Assembly (NCBI GenBank): GCA_011109175.1
Contig: RDEW01000012.1
Span: 516,762-580,761 of the forward strand
Reading direction: 5' to 3'
Source: Dicyema japonicum
Lineage: Eukaryota > Animalia > Dicyemida
Length of the DNA stretch: 64,000 bases
Part shown: positions 38,354 through 49,699 of the stretch, piece by piece
Numbering within the stretch: position 1 is the stretch's first letter
How the letters are laid out: each line of letters opens with the position of its first letter
Notes under the pieces: model-generated
Databases searched by the model: none
What the model saw: only the letters and a program-made list of their open reading frames with translations
What the model was told of the DNA's origin: nothing
Made by a program: the position numbers and the translations under genes

Positions 38354-40961
38354 TCATCCGCTCTTAGCAATCTCCTCCTCATTCTTCCTAATCGCCTCCT
38401 CAATAGAATGTGTAGAGGGGACATTCGCCACACAGGTTGAATTATAAAACGCCTGAACCGATCTCTTCACTCTCAACAACTCCCTAATAGTGTCCTCATT
38501 CCCATGCTGCAACTCAAACTGAGACCACAGATTCCAGAACACCTCGTCGCACTTAAATAAACACAATCCATACCGCTGGGTCACAAAACTGAGAACAGTG
38601 ACTCAATATCACCCTCGCTCTGTCTATCTCGCCCAATTTCTGCTCCAGTCTAGCAAAGGCCAGACACATCTCCCTGTACGTAACCAATCCTCTACCTGGC
38701 GTCCTTATCCGGCAATTCCTGAATCGCCTTCTCGTAAATCGGCCGTACACTAGTCACCCCATACCACTCAGAGGCTCTTTCAATGTAATGCTTAAACATC
38801 TGGATCTTATTCTCCGTTGGAACAGATTCCACCCCACGTGCGTAAACCGCCATAGCATGCCGGGACATACCGTACTTCTCCTCCATTTCCCCGTAGAGAG
38901 TATAAAAATCTACATATCACCCACACCGTACGATGACAGTACTTTGGAGGACAGTCTTCTAGACATTGCTCGAACAGGTCACGTGATCTCTCCAATTTGT
39001 CTTTCCCCTACAGTAACCCCAATTGCTACAAATCTCTTCACAAATTTTGTCAGGTAAGAATTCCACAAGTCCACCACAACAGGCCAACGAAACAGAGCTA
39101 TCCCCGCTCGTACACCTGGAAGGACTGTTCAAAGTAGTTCGCCTCTTCCAGAAACAAAGCGTAGTTGGCTATGATCTGAGGGTTGGCGATTCTCAAATCG
39201 ATGACACTGTCGTAGACGGCCTTACAACTCTACAATGAGACTAAGAGGACCTCGAACGTGCCGAAACTTTCCTCCAGGTCTGCGTAGAGGCTCCACAGTT
39301 TGAGTGACTTGTGAACCCGTGACTGCACTGACTGGGATCGGTCAAAATACGACACGTGGGCTTTGTTCTTATGGGGAGTTGTCGCTCGTTGTAGTACAAA
39401 TCGTGCTTGGTCGATATTTCTGGGTTAATGACATTTGTACTGGTTTCTAATCTCCATTTCGACCCATTCAGTCCACACACACGCCAAATCATCTGGGGAT
39501 TGGAACTCTACCTCCACAGCCCGGTCAAAAAGCATTCTGGCATCCTCCATTTGACCCGCCTTCTCGTAGTGCTGGGCAAAAGCCACCCAAAGACAGTGAG
39601 GTTTGCCCACAGCCAATTCCGTACTGACCCTGCTTAGAGCCTCGTTGTACACAGACACCACATCCAGTCCACTCTCAGCAGCCAGAAGAGCACGTTGCTG
39701 CCAGTTCTCAACGTTGTGGGGGTTCTGGCGAATTTTCACACTACAGTAAATTCAATAGCCACCTATTCAACAAAATTGCCCGCCTTTCTATCAAGTACTC
39801 ATATCTGGCTGTACAGAACTCCACGTGGAGAACATCTGAATTATAAATACTCTCACCTCCAAGGTTGTCCTCGAGTCCGTCGATGGCTGCCGATGCCATT
39901 GACTCCTCAAAGTGGGCGTACCCTTCGAAGATCTGAGTAAAGTCACATACCGTCTTCACACTCACCATGGCTTCCTCATAAATGTCTCGCCTAAGTAAAT
40001 GGACTCACTAACCTTGTCGAATCGTCCATTTCTGACATAATACTCAACGAGAGAGCTCCACAGCAGTCCTGACTGGTCATGGTACTGGTCTATCCCTTGT
40101 CTGATGATTGCTTCTACGTTCACGGATGTCACTTCTGTGTGCTTCACCATGAGGTCACATAGGTCACACCACAACTGAAAATAACGAAAAAGCCAGACAA
40201 ACCTGAAATTTGGTCTTCCCCTTTTTGGAGACATATTTATGGTCATTCAGGACATCTACCAACAATTTTGCAGCCTCATCATAGTACCCCAACTCTTTGA
40301 AGTACTCAACCACGTCCTCCGCCGCCTCCCATTTGATCTGGGACTCATAACAAAGAAAACTTGAAGATAGCGTTTCAGGACTCTTAGAGAAGTCAAAGGG
40401 ACCCCACATTCCTTAATAAACGGGACATAGAGGTTCCAGATCCGTTTATGTTGAGTAACTGGGAGGGCAACTAGCGCTCGGTCGAAGGTCCGACGCGTCT
40501 TCGTGATGAAGCCTTCATGAATAAGGAGGCCAAGGTAGTTCAGCCATATTCTGGGCATCTGGGTTTAACTAGAAGGAAGACCTTCCCCATAAAGACTAAG
40601 GCCCGTTCATACACGTGGTTTAGCTCAATAAACTCGGGATGGGTCACACAGAGCAGTTTCGTACGATCAGTACGAAATTTCAGGTACAGACTCCACAATT
40701 TGTAACTGAAATATGAGCAGAGGTTACCTGCCTGGAAGTTCTTTGAGAGCACGTTCATAGAGAACGTAGATGATGTGTGGATCTGACCCTTCTTTGTGCT
40801 CAATGTAGCGCAACCACGTTTTTACAGAAAATGGGTTTCTTATGAGTTCTTCTTCGTATGAAATGTCAGAATCATCCTGTATTTGTTAGCAATTCATATA
40901 CGAATAGCAAACCCAACTTCATGAGGGCCTCTTCTTTCATAAAGATCAATTCAGACTCCAT
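38354..40961 (-). CDS. XAB2: Pre-mRNA-splicing factor SYF1, many exons
   Basis: DISYEEELIRNPFSVKTWLRYIE..SYKLW..ERALVFM..MPRIW..ITKTRRTFDRAL..RQNPHNVENW..KYGMSRHAMAVY..REMCLAFARLE..EIDRAR..HGNEDTIRELLRVKRSVQA; about 12 introns of 21-28 nt. Confidence 0.97.
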
Positions 40962-41714
40962 TTTTGTGCACCACCTGAAAGAGAATACTTAAATTTATTT
41001 GTATTATAAATTTAATTTTATTAATAAAATAAAATTAATGTAAGTTAATTTGATGAGGATGCTTAGAGGAAGGCGACAAAAACGAGAATGATACTCCAAC
41101 AAGTTGCAAGATATGCTCGACAGACTTAACATGTGGTTGGAAACTATCTCAAAGTATAAATCCACGGAGAAATCCAAGACTCTTTATGTCAAGTAGATGA
41201 ATGGTGAATTATTTCTCCCCAACTATTTTTGAAGCAAGTAATCAGTAAACAATTTCGGAGAAACCTTGTACACATTGATGACTTTCTGCAAACATGTGAT
41301 AAATGTAATCAGCGAGTCTGCCAAAAATGAACTTTGTTAAAATGTTACTCTCAAAATTCAAACGATAATTCAATTCAACGCTAGATCCTGTATACCTAAT
41401 TTATTGACCCAACCATCTGTCATGGTTGTGCCGCTTGGGGGACAAACATAGCCAGATCAAATGTTAAGAAGATTAATTGTACTCATCTATTATCTCTCGT
41501 GGGTTTCGACTAAGACAACTCCGTTCGATGACCTCTTCAGTTAGTCGGGTGACACATTCGCCTGATGCAAAAAAATCGCTCATAAAACGACCTTACAAGG
41601 ATTGAGTCGGTTCCAGAGAGAAACACCGGAAAAAAAACTGGGATCGATATTGATGGAGGCTGATGGCCTCTTCGCTGAATTAGTTAATTGTCACTGATTT
41701 TTGGATAAATAATA

Positions 41715-41754
41715 TGTCACATGGCCCACCACCTACGGATGGGGACTGGTTACA
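41715..41754 (+). repeat. Orphan TGT-start terminal repeat related to the TIR at 9981
   Basis: TGTCACATGG....ATGGGGACTGGTTACA versus TGTCACATGG....ATGGGCTGCCTGTTACA. Confidence 0.5.
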
Positions 41755-41799
41755 TTTTGTGGTTACCTATCCTTGAATTTAATTTATTAATTTATCAAG

Positions 41800-41990
41800 T
41801 CACCTGCACCGACATATTTGCCCCTTGCAACCTACTCCAGAGTACCTTTGGAGCCTGTTCTGAAGGCCGAGAGGTTGAAACTGGCAAAGTACAGGGTTCT
41901 ATCAAATGGTTTTTGTTCGTTCCACTTTCCGTTGAGACGTCTGGTCCCTTGCGCCTGCGAGGCAGGAATTCTTGAGTCGTCTAGGGTAGG
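41800..41990 (+). mobile_element. CRE-like REL endonuclease C-terminal fragment
   Basis: AERLKLAKY..FLFVPLSVETSGP, like AEKIKIKKY..RFVLVAIETSGA at 45400-45480. Confidence 0.65.
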
Positions 41991-43293
41991 GGTCACAACC
42001 GTGGTTCTTTGAGTTTTTTATGTGGCTCTTTCAATTATCGCAAATAATTACTTACATCTTTAATAAAAACATTTTCAAAATTGAGTTCTTCCAAAATGTT
42101 ATACAGTAAACTCTCTTAAAAAGAAATTTTTCAATTTTAGTGGAAATTTTCCAGAATTTTTTAAAGTCTTTAAAAAATTTAATGAAAATTAAAACAATAA
42201 AACTTTATTCGAGTAGCATGCTTTGTTGTGATTCTATTGGTCAAATATTGCGTTATAAGGAAGACAACAATTATTATCATGCCCGTTTTTGTTATTTTAA
42301 CGTGTCCATTTAAAATGGCCTCTAACTAATATTTTCAGGTTTTGGATAAGTTCATCAATAGACATCACGAGATATTAGCGAAACGACATCTTTAGGTAAA
42401 AAAAGTCATTTTTTAATCTTATAAAAATTGATTTTAACGGGTCCTATGGGTAAGTGGAACATTTTACAAAGGTCCTCGACATCTTTAGGTAAAAAAGTTA
42501 TCTTTTTTAAATATTATAAAAATTGATTTTAACGGGTCCTATGGTAAGTAAAACATTTTACTAAGGTCCTCTAAACCCTATGATTTTTAGATACTAAGTG
42601 ACTTCGGAATAAAAATTAATTATATTTATCAAAACTAAATTTAATGAGTTATTATCTCTTTTAATTTCTTTATTATAATAAAAATTTTGAATAATTTAAT
42701 TAATCAATTGATTCACTATTGCATGCCCTTTCTCGTTAACCAAAAGGGAAATAGAAGTTTAGAACATGATGGAAATCTGTACCATTTAAAATACAAGAAG
42801 GGACAAAGCACATATTGAAGGTGCCTCAGGTTGTACCTGTCTTGGATCTGTAAAAACCATTCAATCGTGTGATGAAGTTTGGAGTCTGAAGCAACATAAT
42901 CATCTTCCAAAAAGTGAATTTGTCAAGAAAGCCTTAATATGGAAAACATAAAGCTTTCTTGGAAGCAGTTATTTACAATATCGGTAATAATTGTCGTATA
43001 GTATGAGAACACGGGGCCATCTTCGTGTCCAGGCTGATAAGTCAAACTTATCAGTCCAAAACATATGGTTACAGGAGCCTTAATGAAACCAAAGGAATCA
43101 CAATATATCCATGATGACCACAAATTTTGAACAATTGCACATTATTTCAAAAGGATTGAAAACGTAACAAAGGCAATAGTTCAAAAATCGTTTGCTTGCA
43201 ACACAGAAAGCCTAAAAATTCATATTTGAATTATGCATAATAAAATTTAGGTTGCTTTTAACTAAAGATTTATTTGTAGTAATAATATATTAA

Positions 43294-45684
43294 CCTAACC
43301 CTTGAATAAAATAACGTTGAGCCAACAACGTTCACGTGTGGTCTTGTTGTGAGTAATTGTATCATCATTGGAACGTCGTTCATACAATGGAGCAACACAC
43401 ATTACACCCAAGAGACTGGACACTACATGCTTTACATGCGGTTTTGCCAATGCACGCAAATATGGACTTTTCTGCTCGTCTTGCCGTGACTTTTTCCACC
43501 TTGGATGCATAAAGATGTCTCAGCGGGATGCGTGCTCGCTCTGCCTGTGGAACTGCAGTGTCTGCATGGGAACTGGTTGGAAATCCCAGAGGATCATTCA
43601 AACGAGCCCTCTAGACTTCAATGATATGGACAACCTCTTGCTCTTCTTGTCGGATCTAAGAAAGCCAAGGAAGATCCCAATCAGGATCCCAAGACCCGTC
43701 CGGATCCCCGCGGCTACATGCCTGGCTTCTGCAATTGACGATGCTCTCACGTCGACGACCTGGAGGCCTGGCTATTTCAGAACTATTTTAGAAGACTGAC
43801 AGCGAAAATCGCATGCAGCATTGTCTGTCCGAGAATATCTGAAGAATTTTCCCCTTCCAACTGGGGGTTGGTGTAAGGAACGGATGCGAGGCGGCAGTAC
43901 ATGCTGCGAGGTGTTTTTTTGGACAGAAGACGAACAAAACCCACACATTGGGGTCATGCTGGACATCTGCAATGCCTTCAATTCATTGAGGAGGGATCAA
44001 ATTTTCGAAACTACAAGTAAACGAGCTCCGGAACTTATTCCATTTGTCTTCCTCCCTTACGGAACCAATTCTTCACTGGTTTTCGGGGACAAGATTATCT
44101 GTTCGGAGACCGGAGTTCAACAAGGGACCCACTTGGTCCACTACTCTTCGCTCTGGCCATCGATGAAATTGTCCGCTCTATAAACACACAACTAAACCTT
44201 TGGTATCTCGATGACGCCACAATTGGGCCGTGGAGAAAAGTACACGACGTTCTGTCACATGCCGTGCCGGCACTACGAAACCTCGGACTTGAGATAAACA
44301 TAAAGAAATCGGAGCTAATAAATATCACATACTCGGAGAGTGATTTCATCAACGTGGTCGAGTCTTTCAACTCGGTACTACCTGGAATTACTGTCGTACC
44401 CAGGGAGCGGACATACTTTCTTGGGTGCCCACTTGACGAAAAGGAACTGCGGAGCCATCTACAAACAAAAGAGGATGAACTCTCCAGAGTCACGGAGAAA
44501 CTCTCCTTACTCGATGGTCATACAGCGTTCTTCCTTTTGAAGAATAGCATCGGCTTGCCCAAACTCCTATATGCTCTCCGATGTTCTCCCTGCTTCAAAC
44601 ATCGTGACATCCTCCTGTCACTGGATAGGACATTGAGAAAATCAGCTGAATTGCTTCTAAACATCCACTTTGATGCGCCGAGTTGGAACCAATGCAAGCT
44701 TCCTACACGCCTCGGAGGAACGGGTCTCAGGTCGGCGCTGGAGATCGCCTATCCAGCATATGTGTCATCGCTCTCAAGTGGAAGCCTTTTGGTCCAAGAA
44801 ATCCTACGTATTACAACCGGACTCTCTTGGAAAAAATTCTTCGACGAAGCTCGTTGCGAATGGTGTGAAACTGGTTTGGATATGCCGAACGATCCTTCGA
44901 GGTAACGTGACTGGGATGATATTTACTCCAAGAATATCTACGACGTGCTAAAGTCTGAGGCCAACCAGCATTGTCTTGCATGCCTCGTGTCCGCCGCCAA
45001 CCAGCGGAGCGTGGCTAGATGCACTCCCGTGTTCTTTCCTGGGGACCCTATTGGACGATGACTGTATTCGGATTGGGATCGCACAACGCCTGGGAGCTGA
45101 TGTTTGCGTCGAACACCAATGTCGCTGTGGAGGGATCGTCTATGCCAAAGGGCTGCACCGCAAAAAGAGCGCGGGCAGAGCACCCCGCAATGCTACTATA
45201 ACAACATTGTCTTGCGAGCTCTTGAAGCGGCAGGCTTCCCGGCAGTACTGGAGCCTGTGGGATTGGACCGCGGAGATGGGAAAAGATCGGATAGGTTAAC
45301 TATCTTTCCTTTCACTGAGGGAAAATCGCTGTTGTGGATACTTTCTCGAACTCGATGATGCTCAGCTCGGCGCAGTCTGCTGGATCGGCAGCCGATTTGG
45401 CCGAGAAAATCAAGATTAAAAAATATGGCGAAATTGGAGACCGCTACCGTTTTGTACTGGTAGCAATCGAGACGTCTGGTGCGGTCGGAAGTATTACAGC
45501 CTCTTTCCTAAAGGAAATCGGGGGAAAATTGGCCCACCGTAAGAAAGACGTGCGGGAAGTGGTCTGGCTGAAGCAAAGAATTGGTATCGCAGTTGTTCGC
45601 GGAAACGCTTACTCCGTGATGTCAGCAGCCGCTCTCCCCCATAGTTAATAAAAAATATTTTATTGTTAATAAATTTGAGTTGGC
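43294..45684 (+). mobile_element. CRE-clade non-LTR retrotransposon (PHD + RT + zinc knuckle + REL), degenerate
   Basis: PHD (CFTC..CSSCRDFFHLGC..WNCSVC), LDICNAFNSL..GVQQGDPLGPLLF..WYLDD, LPTRLGGTGL, LEPVGLDRGDGKR, ETSGA..IAVVRGNA; candidate 14-bp TSD TAATAATATATTAA at 43280-43293 and 45685-45698. Confidence 0.9.
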
Positions 45685-45822
45685 TAATAATATATTAATA
45701 TTAAAAATTAAAAAGAGAATTTATGGATAAAAATTACAAGTCAATATAATTAGAGTTCGAACATCGTATTCTGTCAATAAAATAAACTTTATGAATGTAT
45801 AGAAACAACTGATGCTCTATTT

Positions 45823-46068
45823 CACCCTAACCCATTATTTAATTCACCCTAACACATTTTCTAATTCAAACTAACTGCTAATTAGTCTAATCCATTCTCT
45901 AATACAACATAATTCATTCTCTTATTTACCCTAACGCATTCTCTAATACATCCTAATCCATTCTCTAATACATCCGAACACATCTTCTAATTCACCTTAA
46001 CCCATTCTCTAATACAACCAAATTCATTCTCTAATATACCTTAACTCCTTCTCAAATAGACCCTAATT
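45823..46068 (+). repeat. Degenerate 22-bp minisatellite, about 11 copies
   Basis: Consensus CACCCTAACCCATTCTCTAATA; unit starts at 45823, 45845, 45867, then 45905, 45927, 45949, 45971, 45993, 46015, 46037, 46059. Confidence 0.85.
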
Positions 46069-46080
46069 AATCAGAAAATA

Positions 46081-46223
46081 GGGGACCGATGTCAAGGTCA
46101 CCCATTTTTGTCCCATACTACGTTGAACATGTTTTTGGACGAAATTAAAAAAAATCGTTTTTCCTTTAAAATCGGGGACCGATGTCAAGGTCTCTCATTT
46201 TTGTCCCATACTACGTCGAACAT
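46081..46223 (+). repeat. 50-bp direct repeat with 93-bp period
   Basis: GGGGACCGATGTCAAGGTC..CATTTTTGTCCCATACTACGTYGAACAT at 46081 and 46174. Confidence 0.85.
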
Positions 46224-49200
46224 TTCTTCAAAAAAAAGCCGGTAACCATTTGTTTTAGAATGATGAGTAAGACTTATCAGCCCGGACGTGATACTATACG
46301 ACAATAATTAATCACCATGTAATTCCAATAATATTCTGTCTTTTAACATCAAAACTGAAAATGAATATGACACAATGCTTCAATAATTAAACGTCTCATT
46401 CCGGATTTAGAACCAAGAGTTATTGTCTCAGATTTTGAAGTAGGAGCAAAAAACTCTTTTCAAAGTCATTTCCAAACGCACGGATAAATTGCTGCATGTT
46501 TCATATAGGACAAAATATTAACAAAAAAATATTGGAATTAGGAATTTTAAACGACATAAATAATGAAGATATAAATAGGTTAAATGTGATTTAAAATTAA
46601 CGATAGATTTGTAAAACTGTTGAATTGCCTCTCCTTTATTCCTAACATACTGTAAAAACACTTTTGATTAGATAGAGTCGAGATCAGATTTTCCTGCGAT
46701 TCTAAAATCCATTATATCAATATTTTTTATCAATTATATCGGTAATCAAGAAAATTGATTAATTCCAAGATTTCCAATTAACTATTGGAATAATCTGGAT
46801 AATTTATATATGATGACTTACAACGGACAAATAACTCCATTGAAGGCTGGCACAAACGTTTTTAGAAGTACATTTGGACACTAAACAAGACTCCAAGAAA
46901 TTTTGTAAAGAAATTGATAAAAGAAGAAAAAGGCATAATTGATAAAATTCTTAAGATTACAAAATGGAAAAAAAATTCTTAGAAAAACTAAATATATCGC
47001 TTTATCTGAGAATATATTGAGATTTGTTATAGAACAAATGTTACTTAAAATGGATCCGGTAGAATATGTATTCTAATAACATTTATAATTATTTTCTTTT
47101 TTTCCTTTTGAAAATAAGTCTTTCATTTTTAAGTTAAATAAAAATTTAAAAAAAAATAACATTTTTACCTAAAGATGTCGAGGACCTTGGCAAAAAGTTC
47201 CACTTACCCATAGAATCCGTTAAAATCAATTTTTATAAGATTTAAAAAAGATGACTTTTTTACCTAAAGATGTCGAGGACCTAGGCAAAATGTTCCACTT
47301 AGCCATAAGACCCGTTAAAATCAATTTTTATAAGATTTAAAGAAGATGACTTTTTTACCTAAAGATCTCGAGGACCTTGGTAATGCTCAATTCCCAATTT
47401 CCTCTTATTAGAATTTTTAATATTTTCTTTATATCTTCTTATAGAAGTAGTGAATTCTGCATCATTGTCATTTTCAATGTTTTCTAGAAGATAATTTTCA
47501 ATCTCTCTTGATTTTAAAAGCATTTCAGTCTTATTTAATGACTTATGTACTACCGGATTCATCTTGTTCCTAATAGCAATTAATTTCTCCTCTTTATCAA
47601 TTGCCTCTTGTTCACTGTAATAAATTGAAATAAATTCTTCTAATTCAATAGGATTATAAATCTGTTCTGGATGCGATTTCATCGGTCACATTTTAGTTCT
47701 GATTCGCATTCTGCATGTTCTAGACGTCTAAAACAATTTGAAATTGTTTGAGATTTCACATCTTACCATGCCATTTTTACAAACAGTACAGTATCCTTAA
47801 GATTTATCTTCTTGTTGATTCATATACTGAGCTCTTCTCGCATTCCAATATATCCGTTAAATATAGTAATTTGTGCCTTGTAAAATGAACTTTGAAAGAT
47901 TTGATGATTTCCAGATCCATGGGTCGAATAAGTCCTGTACTTTGGAATAAACATAATTTTGATATTTTCCAGATAAAGAAGTGGGCAATGGGATGGCAAT
48001 TATCCATTAATGACAAAATTGATCTTTTTCAATTGATTGTCAAAATTCGTAATCCCAGTCGTGAAAAAATGATAAAGTCAACCATGCCCTTTTAGAATTG
48101 TGACAAGAAACTAAGGAATTATAATCATATTTCTTGAATCATCCGGGCATCGTTGGTTTCCCGATCAATAGTGGTTTTAACTTATGTATCCATGACATAT
48201 TGCCGCAAAGAATGACTGAAACTCAATCCTTGAAATTTTTATATCCGCCGAAAGGTAATTTGCAAATACTTCGAGAAGGAATCGATTTATAAAATATTCC
48301 TGTCTCATCCAAATTATAAATATTTTCAGTAACTCTTTGAAACTACTTCAAATTCTTTTAAAAAGCCATCAATATCCACATGATTTTCAGTCGCCGTGTA
48401 ATTTACGCATTCGAAATCCATGTCTTTTTTTTATTTTTCCAAAAACGCGTAAGAAGTTTTAAAGTTATATAACGAAAGTTCTTTAGCAAAAAATTCTGCC
48501 TTATGTAATATTAGAGAATCGTTCAATAAAGCACCTTAAGTGATAGAGTTAATAGTGTACCTTTTGATTCCATTGAATTCAATCTACTAGATATTCATCA
48601 AGCTCCGGGTATTTTAAATTTTTTGCAAGTTTTTATTTTAAAATTTCTGTTCTTGAACTGAAACAAAAGCGATTCTGCATTCATTAATATTGCATTGACT
48701 GCCCTTCATGAGATTCTCTTTTTAAAAATAGAAGAAAATCTGTTGCATATCGTCTGACATGAAACTGATTTATTGGTTTCTTTATACCGCAATATTTCCA
48801 CTTTTTCAGCAATTGAAATTCTGGTGTAGCCTCCAACAGGAACATTGAGACACATGCTTGCTTTAAATAATTTACATTTTTAAAAATATTTTTAAAAAAA
48901 TAAAAATAATTTTAAAAATGTTGGCAAATTTCAGAATTGGCAAATGTCATTGAAAAATAGAAAAAATCGATAAAAATGGCAAATTTTAGAATTGGCAAAT
49001 TTAAGAGTGGCATATTTGAGAGAGTTTACTGTATTTAAGTTGGTAAGTTGGTGCTACTCAAAAGTACCACAATTTTAATTTTTCAAAATTTTTTGAATGT
49101 AGGTATTTTGTAAATGCTCGGCCTCTAATTTCGCGGTTGAATATTTAACCATAGAAAGAAAATATATTCCCAAACTGTCTACGATCAAATAAAGGAGGAT

Positions 49201-49699
49201 AGTCTAATATATTTAAAAATAGCAACTATAAAATTTCTATACAAGTCAGAATATCCCTCATTTTTAATCGTAAAATATTTCCTTTTATAGTCAAAGATAA
49301 ATAAAATATTCGTAAATATATCCATAAATGTCTTCAGTCTTCAATAGAATTTCTAGTGCTCCCACAAGTTTGAAACTTCACGAATTGGTATTTTCTTATG
49401 ACCATTCGAGAATAAACCACAACCCAAAGTGAACAATAACCAAAGAAAGTGCCAGGTTTGTTTTGATAGCTTAAATACAAAACAGCCAACATTCAGTACC
49501 AATCGATATTCTAATCGACGAAATATCTGTCATTTTGCACAAAGTATAAACCGTTACGATTTCAGAATTGCAAGTTCCACGCATTGTTGGACAATTTGAA
49601 GGCAATGGACCTCCTCGTGAGAAACAACGTAAATTTGTAAGTTGTTGTTGTAACTCAGATTTATTTATGACTTTATTTCCGCTAAGGTGAACGGGATTT

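Larger units (their letters stand above)
42385..47390 (+). mobile_element. MULE element with long TIRs built of 93-95-bp tandem units; transposase remnant about 46250-47050
   Basis: Two units at 42385-42570 inverted against about 2.4 units at 47160-47380; EPRVIVSDFE..NCCMFHIGQN..RTNNSIEGWHKRF; no TSD identified. Confidence 0.75.
42104..49031 (-). mobile_element. pogo/Tigger element (transposase about 47380-48860) interrupted by nested elements
   Basis: TA-flanked TIRs CAGTAAACTCTCT at 42104 and inverted at 49031; CENP-B-like HTH (YPELDEYLVDW) and DDE (MDNC..H..LIRPMDLEIIKSFKVHF). Confidence 0.75.

Noticed and set aside
38788-39940. Several plus-strand ORFs of 70-90 aa
   Set aside because: Antisense shadows of XAB2 exons
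45823-46223. CRISPR-like appearance of the periodic repeats
   Set aside because: Eukaryotic context, degenerate head-to-tail units with no unique spacers, and no cas genes
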